A stretch of DNA of 64,000 nt from Puccinia triticina (lineage: Eukaryota): the NCBI GenBank assembly GCA_026914245.1, contig CP110440.1:2480001-2544000 (forward strand). The letters run 5' to 3'. Numbering within the stretch: the first letter of the stretch is position 1; each line of letters starts with the position of its first letter. The notes under the pieces are model-generated. The model searched no databases. It was given only the letters and a program-made list of their open reading frames with translations, and had not been told where the DNA came from. This document shows positions 1-13,847 of the stretch, one piece after another. Position numbers and translations under genes: made by a program.

Positions 1-2500
1 GAGAATTTTTGGGGCTGACAGTGGTTGGTATTTTTCGAGTAAGAGGTAATCGATCATCGCAACATGGCTATTGAGTCTATCAAAATATTCCTTATATTGC
101 TTCCAAAGTCCAGAATTGAGAATTTCCTTTTTCGCTTGTTGCACACATTGTGCAAGGTCATTGAAATCTTTAGCCGCCTTCGTGCCGGGTACTACCTGAA
201 GCAAAATAGACAAACAGAGAAAATTTGCATTCAGCTCATTTACTTGAAAAAACGGGGAAGAAATCTGGATGATTACGCTTTTCCAGGACCGACGGATGGG
301 TTGTCGGCGAAACCACATTGCAAACGCTGCACAAGATGGCTGGTGCCACAAGTTGTTCAAAAAAACTGCATAGGGAGAGGAAGATTAGGCCAGCAGTAAC
401 CTGTGAAGTGATATTCATGGTGTCTCGTCCGGTAGATGTCCAGCAAGGATTAGAAGGGCAATGTGAGCTCGGCTGCCCAAGCAATATTTTTGGACATATC
501 TTGAACAATGGAAAGATGTCCATGTGTACAGGTCTGCAAACGAGTTACATGTTGACAAATATGACACCCAGTATGCATGTACTGACTGCGCCACCTTCTT
601 TCAGGCCGTGATAGCTTTCGCCCGCTTCGTTTCAGCATGCCATGGAGCTCAGTTTTGCAATTGCTGTTTCATGAGTCTCAACTTCCTAATTAGGCAAATC
701 AAGAATGCAATAAAATTCATATTTGGAACCCCCTTGAAAATTTGAGGATTACCCAATTATGTTTTTTTTTCCATCCCATGTTCCTCATGCAGAGCTATAC
801 AACCCCTGCAGTGCTTTCTCCAAACAAGATGAACCTATCTAGATTCTACAAAATATAAAATAGATCTTAAATCCTTTCTTTTTTTAAAAACAGGTTGATA
901 TAGGTTGATATGCATCACAAACACCAGTTCTCCTATATCTGTGTAAGGCGGTTTGGTTGAGGCTCTCCAGTTAACTTGGAAAAATGTGAGCTACGGTGTT
1001 CATAAGAAAGATACAGCCTGATAAAACTGGTTGCATGCTCCTGTATGCATGCCAGGTGAAGGACCTGCCACATATACAGAACAAGCTGTCTGTATCATGA
1101 CATACAATGCAAACTTGCAACCCTTCAGATAAACAATGGATGGATGAATCCCTGTCATGGTATGAGAGCCTCCCAGAAGTGATCTATAGCCTCAAAGCTA
1201 TACTTCCCTGAAGAAATCTACAATATATTCTGGGTCTATATAAAAAACTGCAAGGGCCCCAGATATGTATGAACTATGACAGGAAGTCACTCACTGGTTT
1301 GAATTCAGAGGTCTCTTCACAACTGTTTACACAAAATTAAAATATATTCCTGTCAATTTTGTCACATGTGTGATACAGCACCACAAAAAAGCTGAGGGGA
1401 ATAGGTGGCAGGTAACATGAAACCATTTCCATCCTCTCCACCAACCCTACACCTAAGAAAAAGTTGCAGAACCCCCTGATAATATATGTCATATGACAAA
1501 TGGGCCATTTTTATTCATGGGGAGTATAGTTAAAGTACAACTAGACTTTCAAACATTTTACTACCTGAAGGCTGAAGTGACACCTATTCACACAAATTCT
1601 TTCATAGTGCAGGGTGCAGCAATTATTATGTAAAATGCAGGACCATGCAAGGCACTGCTTCAAGCTTAAAATTAGTCACTTTTTAGAAAATTATTTTCCA
1701 AGCATTTATCAGACAGAGGTTTTTCAACAATTCTCATAATCTAGAACCAAAAGAGTATAGAAATTATCAGGAAAAAAAATTCCAAGAGCTCTTTTGGCAA
1801 CCAAACTTCAAATTGTTGCTGAATTGTGTTTGAACAAGTCATATGTACTGTGTTGGGTTTAGTCAGCATAGTAAATGAGCTTAAAGTTGGCTTTGGGATC
1901 AACCAATATGAATTCAAATCTGTGTGTCTAGTTTTTTTTTTGGTAGTGGAGGACTTCTGGTTGACTTGAAATAAATCTGGAATTCCAGGTCTCACAGGGG
2001 AATCTGGAATCTGGAACTCTGGATCACTTTGTGGAGCTTTGGGGACTGAGATTTCCTTGTGAAATCTGAGCTCTGTTAGCTCACACCATGGGAGTTTCCT
2101 CAACACTTGTGTGCAAGTGCCATCTCTGAACTCAGTCATAGATTTGGTTGGATCTCAGTTAGATGCTGGTTAAAAGGCAATTTCATGTCTGTCACAAAGT
2201 AAGTTTATAAGAACTGGAATCATACCAAATGTGTTGTGCAATGTCTGTGTAAAATGTGTGCCATACCTATGCTGAAACCAGGCCAATTTAATGATAAGGT
2301 TTACTTGATCCTCAAGCTTGACCAAAGCTCCTCATATTTCAATTATCATGGTTTTTGACCTCTTTGGAAACCCATACCCAGTAGGTTTCTCTGAGATGGT
2401 TTTTGTATTTATTTTCAGGGAACACACCAAAAAGCTGCCAGTTCTTTTTAAGTTGTTTCTATTACACATGGTTAGAACTTTGGATGGAGTGTAGTGAAAC
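1..2500 (-). pseudogene. Degenerate multi-exon gene remnant, unknown product
   Basis: On the minus strand an acceptor ttttgcttcag near 195 is followed by an open frame VVPGTKAAKDFNDLAQCVQQAKKEILNSGLWKQYKEYFDRLNSH to the window edge. Upstream protein-like frames (about 300-700 and 1740-2460) are broken by TGA/TAA stops. No family recognised. Confidence 0.3.
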
Positions 2501-2509
2501 TGTGGGATG

Positions 2510-3197
2510 TAGAGCTGGTCCCTACTACCCATTGGCGGGTACACGGGTGGGTACCTGTGGAAGTGCGCAGGCATCCGCCGGGTGCAGGTGCAGGTGTCCA
2601 GTCTGGGTCCAAATTCAGGCAGGTACCCACACACAAATTGCCATTCTGCACAGCTCTGCTTACCCCTAGTGCCCATTGGCAAGTACTAGGTACCTGTGGG
2701 CGGGTACCCATGGAACCTGAAGTACGCAGGTAACTGCCAGCAGGTGCCGGGTACGGGTGCGAGTGTCCATTCTGGGTCAAAATTCAGGCAGGCAATGGTG
2801 GGTATTTACGTTACGTTACATTGTTCACGTAATTTGGGTAACATAACTACCCTTGTGACCCGCAGCTGCCTGTTACGTTATTTGTAATGAGGTCTTTGCA
2901 GGCCTTCTGCGTAACATAATGGGCTCTTTTTTTAGGTTTTTACTGCGCGTTATCCACCAGATAGCGCGGAACGGGCCCAAATTGGCCACTATCAGGTGTT
3001 ATCTGGCGCTCCGCAGGCGCCAGTAACGTAACAAACATCAATATTTTTCTGTCATGTTGCAGCGGTGCCGTTACAAGTAACAGTAACAATAAAGGCTGAA
3101 AAATCCTTATTTTACCGTTATTGGCAACGTAACTACCCACTGTTGAGGCAGGTACCCACACCCGCCGCAGGTACCCAGGTGCAAAGTGTCAGCTCTA
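2510..3197. mobile_element. hAT-like non-autonomous element (MITE) with a nested insertion
   Basis: Termini TAGAGCTG...CAGCTCTA. Flanks GTGGGATG (2502-2509) and GTGGGAGG (3198-3205) form an 8-bp TSD, 7/8 match. Body is the inverse copy of 4772-5089. Confidence 0.8.
2793..3145. mobile_element. GTAAC/GTTAC-rich MITE with 7-bp TSD
   Basis: Ends CAATGGTGGGTA...TACCCACTGTTG. AGGCAGG duplicated at 2786-2792 and 3146-3152. Same family as 34573-34939. Confidence 0.85.
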
Positions 3198-3701
3198 GTG
3201 GGAGGTCTGGTTTTGCTCTGGTAATACGGTTTGACTTTGGCGCTGTGGGGCCAACTGTCACAAAACCATGAAACCTGTGCGGGTTTCTGTGACACATTGT
3301 GTCACAAAAACCTACACACGCGCGTTTGTGTGACACGTAGACCATCACCTAGCCATATCATGCCAAGATGAGTGCCCCACGATCCCAGGGGCAAATTAGC
3401 TGAATCCTTCAATAATTGTATCTGATTTTCATCCATCAGTACCAAAATCTTGTTGAGGAGATTTTCTGAATTCATTCACAAACCCTGGTTAATCTGAGGC
3501 TCCCCTGGACTTCTTCCAGAATTCTCACGCCCTTGGGACAAAATTCAGCAGCTGAAGAACGTGTCACACAAATTTACACATGTGTGCTGGTGTGTCACAT
3601 TTTTCATCACTGAGCCAAGTGATTCCAACCTGAGTGCTCATGCAGAGCCAGGGGCTTAGGTGGACCCCTCAAAAATTGTTCATAACGTTCAGCCATATGT
3701 A

Positions 3702-4550
3702 CACCACGGGCCATCCAGGACATCCATTGGTTGGACCGATGGTCGCACCTTCGGCTGTCCGGCTCTTGCGCGGGGGAGTCCATCCTTTGGACGGACATTG
3801 TACTTCCCTCGCGTCGGATGGTTCGGACAAACCATCCCATGTACGGACCAGGGAGCGTTCAGCGGATGATTGAAGGACCATCCGCTGGATGGCTCCACAC
3901 TCCAGCGGGCATCAAAAAGTGAGTGGCCCGGCTGGCCAACGCACATCATTGCTCGCAAGGGGTGTCGAACATGCAACCTGAGGAACAGTTGACCTCAAGA
4001 GCATGAATCTCCCGACTACGCCATTTCGACAGCACCTTGCAGTAACCCCACCTTCATCACACATAGACTACAACCAACGATACCCCTTTGCCGTCCAACA
4101 GTCTATTGGACACTCAGATCAATTGCACAGTCTTGATCAAGGGTGTCCAAGGGTTTTTTTAATTGGTGTCCATTGGACACCCTCATGAATGGAGGGTGAT
4201 GCACATTGTTTCTTGCGATCATTAGACACTCTCAACCAAGAGTGTCCGCTGGGCAACTTGTTTGGTTTCCATCGGACACTCCGGCTGGAGTGTCCGATTG
4301 TCGGAGCGCACGTTTGCGTGAAAAGCGTCCATTGGACACTCCTGGAGGAGAGTGTCCGATGGATGCTATTTTTTGGGCGTCCAAATGACGCTTTGGCCAG
4401 CAAAGCGGCACTTGGACGCTTTTTGAAACCGTCCAAGTGATTCTTTTGCCCCGTAGCGTCCATCGGATGCTCTGGGAGCATCCTCTGGACGCTTCCAGGG
4501 CAAAAGCGTCCATCGGATGGGGCGGTTTCCCAGAAACCCGCCCCGTGGTG
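3702..4550. mobile_element. Non-autonomous TIR element, TA-flanked
   Basis: TA|CACCACGGG...CCCGTGGTG|TA with internal TCCATCGGACACTCC-type palindromic repeats. Related element at 44379-45134. Confidence 0.6.
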
Positions 4551-4771
4551 TACACAAATGATTTTGGGGATATTTTCTGAAGTCATACACAACTCCTGAT
4601 TAATATGAGGTTTTTTCCGCATGACTTTTCCCAGAACTTCAAATACTTTGTGAAAAAATTCCCCAACTAAAGAAAGTGTCACAAAAACTTACACATGTTT
4701 CTTTTTGTGTACCACTAACATATCTTGAGCTTTTTGGGATTTATGATAAACACATGATAGAATGAAATATA

Positions 4772-5089
4772 TAGAGCTGGCACTTTGCACCCGGGTACCC
4801 GCAGCGGGTGCAGGTACCTTCCTGAACCTTGACCCAGAATGGACACCCACACCTGCTGGCTGTTACCTGTGTACTTCCATGGGTACCCATCCACAGGTAC
4901 CTAGTACCCACCAATGGGCACTAGGGGCAAGCAGAGCTGTGCAGAATGGTGATTTGTGCGCAGGTACCTGCCTGACTTTGGACCCAGACTGGACACCCAC
5001 ACCTGCACCCGGCGGATACCTGCGCACTTCCACAGGTACCCACCCACGGGTGCCAAGTACCCACCAACAGATGATAGGGGCCAGCTTTA
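4772..5089. mobile_element. hAT-like MITE
   Basis: TAGAGCTGG...CCAGCTTTA with perfect 8-bp TSD GAAATATA (4764-4771, 5090-5097). Confidence 0.85.
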
Positions 5090-5154
5090 GAAATATATAT
5101 GATTCCTGTGGTAGATACCTTGTTTCTGCCAAGTATTTTATATTGATTTGCAAG

Positions 5155-6251
5155 CACCAGGGAAGATATGTTCCCACTCCCCAGGGAGTGCCAGAGCTGA
5201 ATTTGATGTGAGTTTTGGTCGGATGTGAGCCTGATGTGCATCAGTAACTCATCCCTAAATGAATTGAAGTGGATGTAGAAGTGAGTCAAAAGTCAGTCAG
5301 AATTGATTTGGGAGTCAACACAATGTTGTGTAGAATTCTTTTGTTTTCTAGGTACAACTAGAGGAAAAAATATGATGGAATGATATTTCACCCAAGTCCA
5401 ACTCATCAATTGCTCCTGTTTGATGATGTCAAAGGATAGGAAAGCAAAATTGCCATTCCTGAATTTAATTCCTGTAAAAAAAATGAGTTTCTTGTAATTC
5501 ACATTATATGCCCTCATGTACAAAATTGAAGGAAAAGTCAACTTGGTATTATTGGGTTTAGAATTTCCGAATGTGCTAATGTTGCAGTAAAATTAGTGAA
5601 ACCCATTTTCTTGGAAATGCTGTAATTAATTTGAATTTGGCTAAAAAAATGGTGATAAACTATTGTATTGGGGTGAAAGTCTGAGGTAAGTCAAGGTTGG
5701 ATTGCAGTGCCACCCCAGCTTGGCCACATATCCTGGCCTCTTCACAAAAATGATTGTGTGATTTTTTGTTTTTTTTGCTTTTCAAAATCCACATGTGCAC
5801 ATGCAAGTGAACTTTTTTGCACTTTGCTAATAGTCACCCTGATGTACGCGCGTACATTGAGGTGGAAATATCACAGGATGGGCCTTTCACAGCCACATGA
5901 AAAGTAAAAACTTTGTGTTGAGACACCAATTGTCCCCCTGATGTAGGCGAGTACATGAGGGGGACAATATGACATACTGTGCCTTTCACATCCCCATGAA
6001 AAGGACACACTGGTCATGGAGCCAAGAAAGCCCTATATTTTGGATAAGTTCTGGATGAATTCCAGATGAGTTCTGGATTATTCCTTGGCAAGTTATGGTT
6101 TATTTCAGGATGATTTCCAACTGATTTCAAGCTGACTTCCAGTCTTTTTCATACCTATTCCATATTTCTTTACCAAAGGCCTCCAGCACAGTTATGGAAA
6201 AAAGTTATGGTAAGGCACTCCCTGGGGAGTCGGAACATATCTCCCCTGGTG
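5155..6251. mobile_element. CACTA/CMC-like non-autonomous element (CACCAGGG termini)
   Basis: About 38-bp imperfect TIR CACCAGGGAAGATATGTTCCCACTCCCCAGGGAGTGCC / GGCACTCCCCTGGGGAGTCGGAACATATCTCCCCTGGTG. 3-bp TSD AAG. Confidence 0.8.
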
Positions 6252-7842
6252 AAGGTAGTTGAAAGGGTGCTCTAAAATAGTTCCAGTAATAACTAGAGTC
6301 AAGTTGGAGCTGGTTTTCAATTGAATTCAACTCCTTTCCAAAGTACTTTCAGCCCAATTGAGCATAATTTAAACATAAATTCATCATGAATTCAGCATAC
6401 ATTGAGGCCCAAGTTCCAGGACATATCTAACAGGGTTCTTAAACAATGTTGTGTGATGGCACTTGCACGCAAGGGCCAAGCAAACTCCCATGGTGTCAGA
6501 TCTGGATTTCCAGATCAACAGGAAGTCCTCCAGTGTGTATTATTTTAGCTGAGCATTTAGCTGAACCAATGTAGATGCTCTCAGGACGTAAAAGGAGGTG
6601 AATGTAGAAGATTACGGCTTGATGAAGCCTCCCGGAACGCGGGGTCCAGAGCACCCCAATTCTGCGCATCTGAAATTCCCAATGGGAGACTGTCAGGTAC
6701 TGGTATTTTCCTGCTGTGGTGTTATATACAGGCGTGTGGTGGATGCAGAATTTCCAAAGGCAACAGCTCAGGTGAAATGCACCCGCAGATGAGCACACTG
6801 CGCATCTGTGTGCGCAAGCATTTGGAGAATGCATGTTCATGTCCGGAAGGCACAGTGTGGAGCTTGAATGTGTCTGAATAAAGCATCCAGAATGCTTGCT
6901 TAATCTGGGGGATGCACGATTGGGGCAGCCAGGGAAAATATCCAGATCCCAGCGCAGAGCTGATAGCTGGAACAGCAAGGCTGAAAGCGCTATGCTTGAC
7001 TACAAAAATCAGCTCTTTTGTGTAAAAAATAGTGAAAGAGCTACTCTAGATGAACATTAGCATTAGCGCTAGCATATAGCCCCTTCTGAAAGTGGTAGAA
7101 AAGCACCGGCATGACTACTGAAAATCTGACCTGCCAATAGCGCAGCATTTCTTCTCTTGCCTTTGCAAATGTTCAGCGTAGCAGCGGGAATAGCCCTCTC
7201 TGGGGCGACCAGCCCGCTGATGCGTCACCAAAAGCGCAGCGAATGAGGCTGGCGCTGCTTGTAAAATCGTAGTGGGCAAGAGCGCCTTCCAGAGGGAAAT
7301 CCCAAAGATGCAAAAACCGATGATCAATCCTCCATCACTTCATGATGGTGAGGATCAAGGGGCCTCCTGCCTCGGGCTGCGCGCGCTTCGCGAGACACAT
7401 GCCTGCAGCAGAGGGATGCCAACTCAGACCGGAGGCCTGCCCAAGGCCGGTGCCGTTGCAGCAGCTCGGACTCCGGCGTGGCCGAGGACTTCCGGTGGAC
7501 CCAGGGACGCCCGCAGATGGCGGCTTAGACCCGAAAAGTCTAACCAGAGTTTTGCAGGCAAATCCCGCGTTGAGGGATGCAGAGCAGACAGCCCGGCAGG
7601 CCGGGAAGGGTGGAACACGGTATCCTGGCGTCCGGCGCGCGCAGGAGAGCCGGCCTTCGACCACAGTGGCGCACAGACGACGCAGGAAGCCGCGGCCGCT
7701 CGGGCTCCTCCCTCATCCTATCCACACACACACACACACAGAGAGAGATCGGCACACATGGGTGGGGCGCGAGAGGGGCCGGGTCTCTCGATCATTTGTA
7801 CACATGGGGACAGGAGCGGGGGTGGGAGGCGTACAACGGGGG

Positions 7843-10346
7843 TCAGCATTTGCGCTGGATGCCTTCGCGCGCCTCGGCCGCTCTAGCGAGCGCAGACGCC
7901 CGGGGATATCAGTGTTGGGTGAGAGGGTGCGGGAGAGGGGGGGGAGGACGGACCGGTACTCGATCATGACCTGGACGGCGCAGAAGACGACGACGAGGAT
8001 GGCGGCGAGCACTTGCAGGCCTGTGTCTCGCCCGCCGGGTCAGCCGACAGCAGAAAGGAAGAGAGCGAGCGGGGACGGACCGGCCCAGGAGCCGAGCAGC
8101 TCGCGCCACATCATCTGCACGCCCGCGACGCCGATGGAGAAGCCGACGAGGTTGGCGCTCATCATGGAGAGCACGTTGGCGGCGCCGCCGAGCGCCACGA
8201 GGTGTCTGAACCAGGGCCGCTCGCGCCACTGTTTTCCGCCCCCCCCCCCCCCGTCAACACACACTCGTCCTGAAGGGTAGAGGAAGGGAGAAGGAGAGGA
8301 CTGACGGGGTGGGCGGCGAAGACGCGCTTGGCCAGGACTTCCGGGAGCACGAACAGGCTCACCAGCCACCCCCACGTCAGCAGCTTCAGCGACAGGTCGT
8401 GCCACAGCGCCACGAACGTGAACACCAGCACGGTCGCGGGGACCATGTTCCGCGCGCCGCCCACCGGCACATACAGGTATCTGGCCCACACACACACACA
8501 CACACACCCGTCAGCTGCCACCAAGTTAAAAGAGAGGGAGGGGGGGTACTACCGGACGATCCACAGGTTGTAGCTCCGGTGCCAGCTGCGCCAGAACTCG
8601 AGCGTCGAGAAGTTGTTCGACATGCACCGGATCATGTTCTCCGGCGGGTCGATGCCGTCGAGGAGCGCCCAGAGGCGGAAGAAGCGCCACGGAATCAGCA
8701 GCTACTTCGCGTCCATCACATCAGCACTGTCCTGTAGCACATGAGCAGGAGGAGAGAGAGAGAGAGAGAGCACCTTGAGCCAGATGATGATCAGGTTCCA
8801 GTAGCCGATCACGCCCAGCTCGAGCGGCGAGTCGCCCTGCCACCCTTGGCTGTCCTTGATGGCCACGACGTACATGTAATGCAGGATGCATTCGAGGACG
8901 GCCAGACACACGAGGAAGCGCACGGTGTATCCGAGGACGGCCGGCGCGGTGATCGTCCGGGGCCGCTGCTTCATCTGTCTCCCCTCTCTCATCAGCACTC
9001 TCTCTCTCTCTGCGGGGGGAGGGGAGGGGAGGAGGGACTGACCTGGGAGACGTAGTTGTTGAACGTCAGGATCGGGCCGGCGATGTACAGCGGCGGGTAG
9101 CACACGTAGTTGAAGTATTGCTGGAAGCCGTACTCTGCGGGGGCGCGGGGGGCCCGGACGCGCTCTTTCTCGGCCTCGGGCTCCGCGTCGGTCTACCGGA
9201 ACAAGAGAGGTCAGGGAGGCGAGTGCGGGAGGGGAGGGGGGAGATGTGCTGACGGGGGCGGCGGCGAAGCCCTCTTGGGCGGCCCATTGGTAGTCCAGGG
9301 CGTACGAGATCAGGCGCAGGGAGGAGATGTTGAAGCCGATCTGCCAGCGGGGGATGAGGCCCTTGAACGGCGGCTCGTCCTTGCCCAAACAGCCAGCTAA
9401 GCGAGTGACAGTGTGTTATGTGCATAGAGAGAGGGGGGGGGGGGGCTCACGAGGACGGCGAGGGCGGGGGCGAGGGCGGCGAAGCGGTAGCCGTCCCAGT
9501 AGTCGTTCGCGAACAGCACGGCAAGGTTGGCCGTCCAGACGAGCGCGCTGGCGGCCCGGGGCTTCAGGGGCAGCCGGGCGAGGCGGAAGTTGAGCGCCAG
9601 GAGGGCGAGGATCTTGGCGGCGGATGCGCCGTGCAGGGCGGCCAGGATGGCCGCGGCGGCGACGGTCTGGACGTCCTTGCGGCGGGCGCCCAGACGGCGG
9701 ACGAGCGGCCACAGACACAGATACGCGGTCGCGAGCAGGACCAGCTTGGGCAGCCCGAGCCGGAAGCGGCGGTACTGCATGTCCGAGTTGTCCTGCACTC
9801 TCTCTGTCCGTCAGCGGTGGTGGACAGGGACACAGGGAGAGAGCGAGGGCGTACGACCATGCGGCCGCGGATCCAGCCGGGCGACAGTCTGTGCTGGAAG
9901 CGGGCGTAGTTGGGGTGTGCGGCTGAGCGAGCGACGGGCGTCAGTGGCCAGCAGCGGCAGAGGGGGGGAGAGGGGACGGACGGGAGGAGAGGCGGAGGGC
10001 GGCATGGACGATGGCGAGGAGGGCGGCGGCGAGGACGGCGCAGTAGAGGAGGAACTCGGGGGCGGCCCAGCGGGCGGCCGCGGGGCGTGCGGGCAGCATG
10101 GGCGAGGCCTGGGCGGGGACGGCGACGGTGAGTGCGGTGGGGCTGAAGGCCCAGCGCGGGCCGGCCGGGCGGGGGAGCCGGTCGAGCGCGGGCGGCGCCG
10201 AGCAGGGGGCGGGTGGGCCGGGGCGGGCGGGGGCGGTGGTGATGTGCGCCGGGAGGTGTCTGCGCGGTCGGCGTGCTGTGAGGGGGGAGCCGGTCAGTGC
10301 GGGTGGGGTGTGGGCAGGGCTAGGTGGGCTTACTGGGGGCGGCCAT
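7843..10346 (-). CDS. GUP1: GUP1-like MBOAT family O-acyltransferase (glycerol uptake / GPI remodelling), multi-exon
   Basis: Exon peptides [117 protein letters not shown] (catalytic His) and [12 protein letters not shown] introns. Start at 10346 is inferred via a micro-exon (MAAP). Last exon [12 protein letters not shown]. Confidence 0.9.
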
Positions 10347-10958
10347 GCGGTTCGCGGCGGAGCGGATGTCGCTGAGCTGGGATCCCGCGAGCGAAAGGTC
10401 TGCCCGCCCCGGTCGGGCCCGAGGACTCCCCGGGGCCACCCCAGCCTCGCCAGCGCTCAAACGCAAGGCCTCGTGGCCGCGGCTGGTGCTTACCCGGCGG
10501 GCTGCCGGCACAACGCAGGAAGCGCACGGTCTGGGGGGATTGGATACTTATCCCAGGAGATCGGTTTGACCGTTCCATCGGTTTTGTTGAGTGGCGGCTC
10601 CCTGCCCGGACGCAGTGGGAACACACCGCTGTTGGATTGCGCAGGGAGAAAGGACTGCACACAACCCAAACCTGCCCGACAGAGAGGACGAGCAAGACAT
10701 CCCAAGAGGTGACATTTTCTTGAACGCGGGACCAACACGCTCACAGAGCGAATCTCTCGTGGGGCGTGTCACCGTCCACTTTGAACCCTGAGACAGCCTC
10801 TCATCGATGGGCTATCTGGACGAGCATATTCTATACACCTTGACGTGTAGCTGACTCGAGAAAAATATGAGAAAACGGATTCCGATTGTTTGCTTGAGAA
10901 AGACTGTAAAGAGACACAAGATTTGAAGATTTTAGGCAGAGAGAACAAGGCTTGTTTT

Positions 10959-12144
10959 TTAGTAACCGGAGTCGGGGTAAGTGGGCTTGGGAGAGGAGAC
11001 GGGATGGTAGATGGGCTGAGGGAGCTTGTGCGAGTCGTCGTTGTGGCCGAACGGGCCCTTGGAGGTAGGCGACTGGGCGTCGCCGTCGACCGGCGGCTCG
11101 GGGGCGACGAACGAGCGGCCGTGCCTGTCCGCGTCGTCGTCCTTCGCCCCGTCCTCGTCCTCATCATCCTCGTCCTCATCATCCTCGTCCTCACCCTCGT
11201 CATCCTCGTCCTCGTTCTCGTCCTCGGCGCCGTCCTTGCCGGCCCCCGGGGCCTCAGAGTACGGCTGCTTGGACGGGTCCTCGAGCTTCTCTCCCGGGCG
11301 GCTCGTGGCCGAGGCTGCGCGGCGAGGCCCGAGGAACGGAGGCATGTCAGCGGAGGGCAGGGCGTTCAGCGAGGAGAACACAGGAGCGGCGTACATTCCG
11401 TGCCGTTCCAGCCGCGCGAGGTGGCGTTGTACGGATTGCCTTGGTAGGCCGATGGGCCGCGCTTGCCGGGCTTGGTGCAGTCGGTGCTGTTCTTGCCCGG
11501 GTACGGCTTCAAGGACGGCCCGTCGGGGCTGTGGCTGATCCACGGCCGGCCGTCGTCGGCGGCGGCGGACGAGGATCCGGGCTGCTTCTTCTCGGCACTC
11601 GCGACCGTCCCGTTCTGGGGCGCGGGATACCAGGCCCCAGAGGCGCCCGAGTCTTCGGCGCCCGGCTTGCCCTCGAGATCGCTCCCGTCGCCGGCCCACT
11701 TCTTGGCCGGCTGGGGCTGGTAGGACCCGTACGACCCCTTCTTGTATGGCTCCTCGGCCGTCTCATCCGGAGTACCCTGCTTCCTGGCGGCATCTGAGCG
11801 CATTCAGCCCCAAAGTCAGTCAAAGAGGCAATGGGAGTGGGCTGGGGAAGTCTCGGCCAGGAAAGAGATCCGGCATTCACCTTGGACAGTGCCGTTTTGG
11901 GAGCTCGAGGCGCTTCCGGGCTGTCCTGACCAGGGGATAGGGCCTGCTGAATGCCCGGAAATCACCGCCCTCAGCTCAGCCTCAAGTCACGGGGCAAGAC
12001 CGCAGGGCTGAAGTACTCACGCTTGCCGCCCGGCCGGTATTGGTCGTACGAAGATGGGTCTTGCTTGGTGTATGGGACGGCAAGCTCAGCGGACTTGCCG
12101 ATGAAAAGGGAGGCCACAAGAATCCAGGCAGCTTTGAGCATCAT
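10959..12144 (-). CDS. Putative secreted, low-complexity acidic protein (candidate effector), 4 exons
   Basis: Signal-peptide-like N-terminus MMLKAAWILVASLFIGKSAELA. Three GT..AG introns (about 12021-11948, 11881-11795, 11394-11315) join ORF pieces into a Pro/Gly/Ser-rich protein with an Asp/Glu tract, ending PDSGY*. Confidence 0.7.
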
Positions 12145-13847
12145 GTTGGCGGCGGTACGGTCTGTACTAAAGGAGTGGGGCTGAGATAAATATTTAAGTC
12201 TAAGGATTGTGGAAGTTTGGATGGTAGACGAGGTGGGGCTGGAGGCTAGGGACCTCGGGACATGCCGCTGGGTGGCTCTTTTATCCTTGCAAACAACACC
12301 CAGGAAGCCACCAAGACGATGGCTTCGGCCCATGGGGGCGACGAACACCAGGAGTAAAGAGGATTATCTAATCACGGATCTGATCCCGCAGTCGCACACA
12401 AGCGGTGACACCATCATATGATGCTCTGCTGCACGCTTTCCATAGCTCGAGCCGGCCGTCTGTGTGCGCCTGCATGACAAAGGACGACATGCTAGATCGG
12501 GCCAGATTGGCTGCTCGTCCACCTCTTCACCCTTGGGCGGATGTGCGGCTTGCTCTGGATTGTGTGCCCTCCTTCTGCGCAAGAAAGGCGGCCGTCCCTC
12601 GCGGCTCCCCCCTTTAAGAGTGACCTCCCCGGCCACATGTTGTAGTCCGTGTCGCCATATATTCATAGCGTGCCAGCAGCCAAGAATGCCGTGCTTGTAT
12701 TTAAATAATAATAACTGCTATTCTTTATGACCAATATAGCAGAGCTCTGCGGACGCAGAAAGTATTCACAAAGTCACCCTTTGAATTTGCACCTTCGGGG
12801 ACTGTATGTACGCGCTAGGGGTAGCAGTCATCTGATCTTCATGGTGAACTCGGTTGAACTCAATGAATCTTGGTGAGTAGGAATCAGCTGTGTACACTGT
12901 ACATCAACGGTCTGTCATGGCCGGTTCTTTGAAGCCGACTCAGTGATCCCCCATGCAAGGGGTACCGCGAACATATTGAAGTGCTAGATTATCCTGTGCA
13001 TCGTCAGACAATCCAGATGGATATGAGCCATCCAGTTCGCAATCTCGATTCTCGACCATTCTGGGCCAAAAACAAGCTGCGTCACGCTGCGTGTGCAGTC
13101 TGGCCAAGCATCACATGAGAGACGATGTCATGAGGCATTCAAGCAGCGTAATGGGGCCCGGCCCTCGTGCACTTGGCGATTTCGCCTCTGGCCTCCTCGG
13201 CTGCGGCGCCCTTCCACGGGCCGGCTTGGCCTCCCGCCGGTGGGGCCCGAAGGGGCCGCACCGGCCGTCCGCGCCCGCGCGGGTCGCGCGCTCGCAGCCG
13301 TGATGGGCCAACCGCGTAGCTTTTCGCTCATGCATTTGGAACAATAAGTTCGTGCAACATGAGCATTGTAAAATGTCGACCTTCGGTCACCGGAAATGGC
13401 AATACTATCCAAAAGAAAACAAATGGACAAAGATGGCCACTTCGTCGCGGACGTGACCGCACCGAAAAGCTTGCCGACAAATGTTCCTCCGGAGCATCGA
13501 GGGGAAAAGCTTCGCACTGGCCGGAATGCAAGTCTCATATTCCGGGCCGCCCGGAAGACTCAGTCCAGCTTTACGGCAGCCTAGCAAAAAGCAACGCATT
13601 TCTGAGCCGCTGCATTCCACTTCTGCTTTCTTTCTGTGAGACACCATGTGCCGTCCTTTCGGAGCACTCTTTATGGAGGGAGAGCTTCGCCGGTATAAAG
13701 CAAGTGCTGAAATCCGTGCTGCTGCTCCCCCCATCGCCCCCATCGCCATCCCCAAGCACACTAACCCAATCCCTCAGCACTCCAGCCTTTTTTTGCTCTT
13801 AGCTCCCCCCTACAAACCCTCATTACTCCCCTCTTCCTGCCTCCAGA

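Noticed and set aside
2510..5089. One large element with 300-bp TIRs
   Set aside because: Each inverted copy has its own distinct 8-bp TSD, so they are two independent insertions.
7272..12011. Numerous long plus-strand ORFs (e.g. 7342-8280, 9527-10375, 10890-11447)
   Set aside because: Antisense shadows of the GC-rich GUP1 and secreted-protein exons; low-complexity Arg/Gly/Ala translations.
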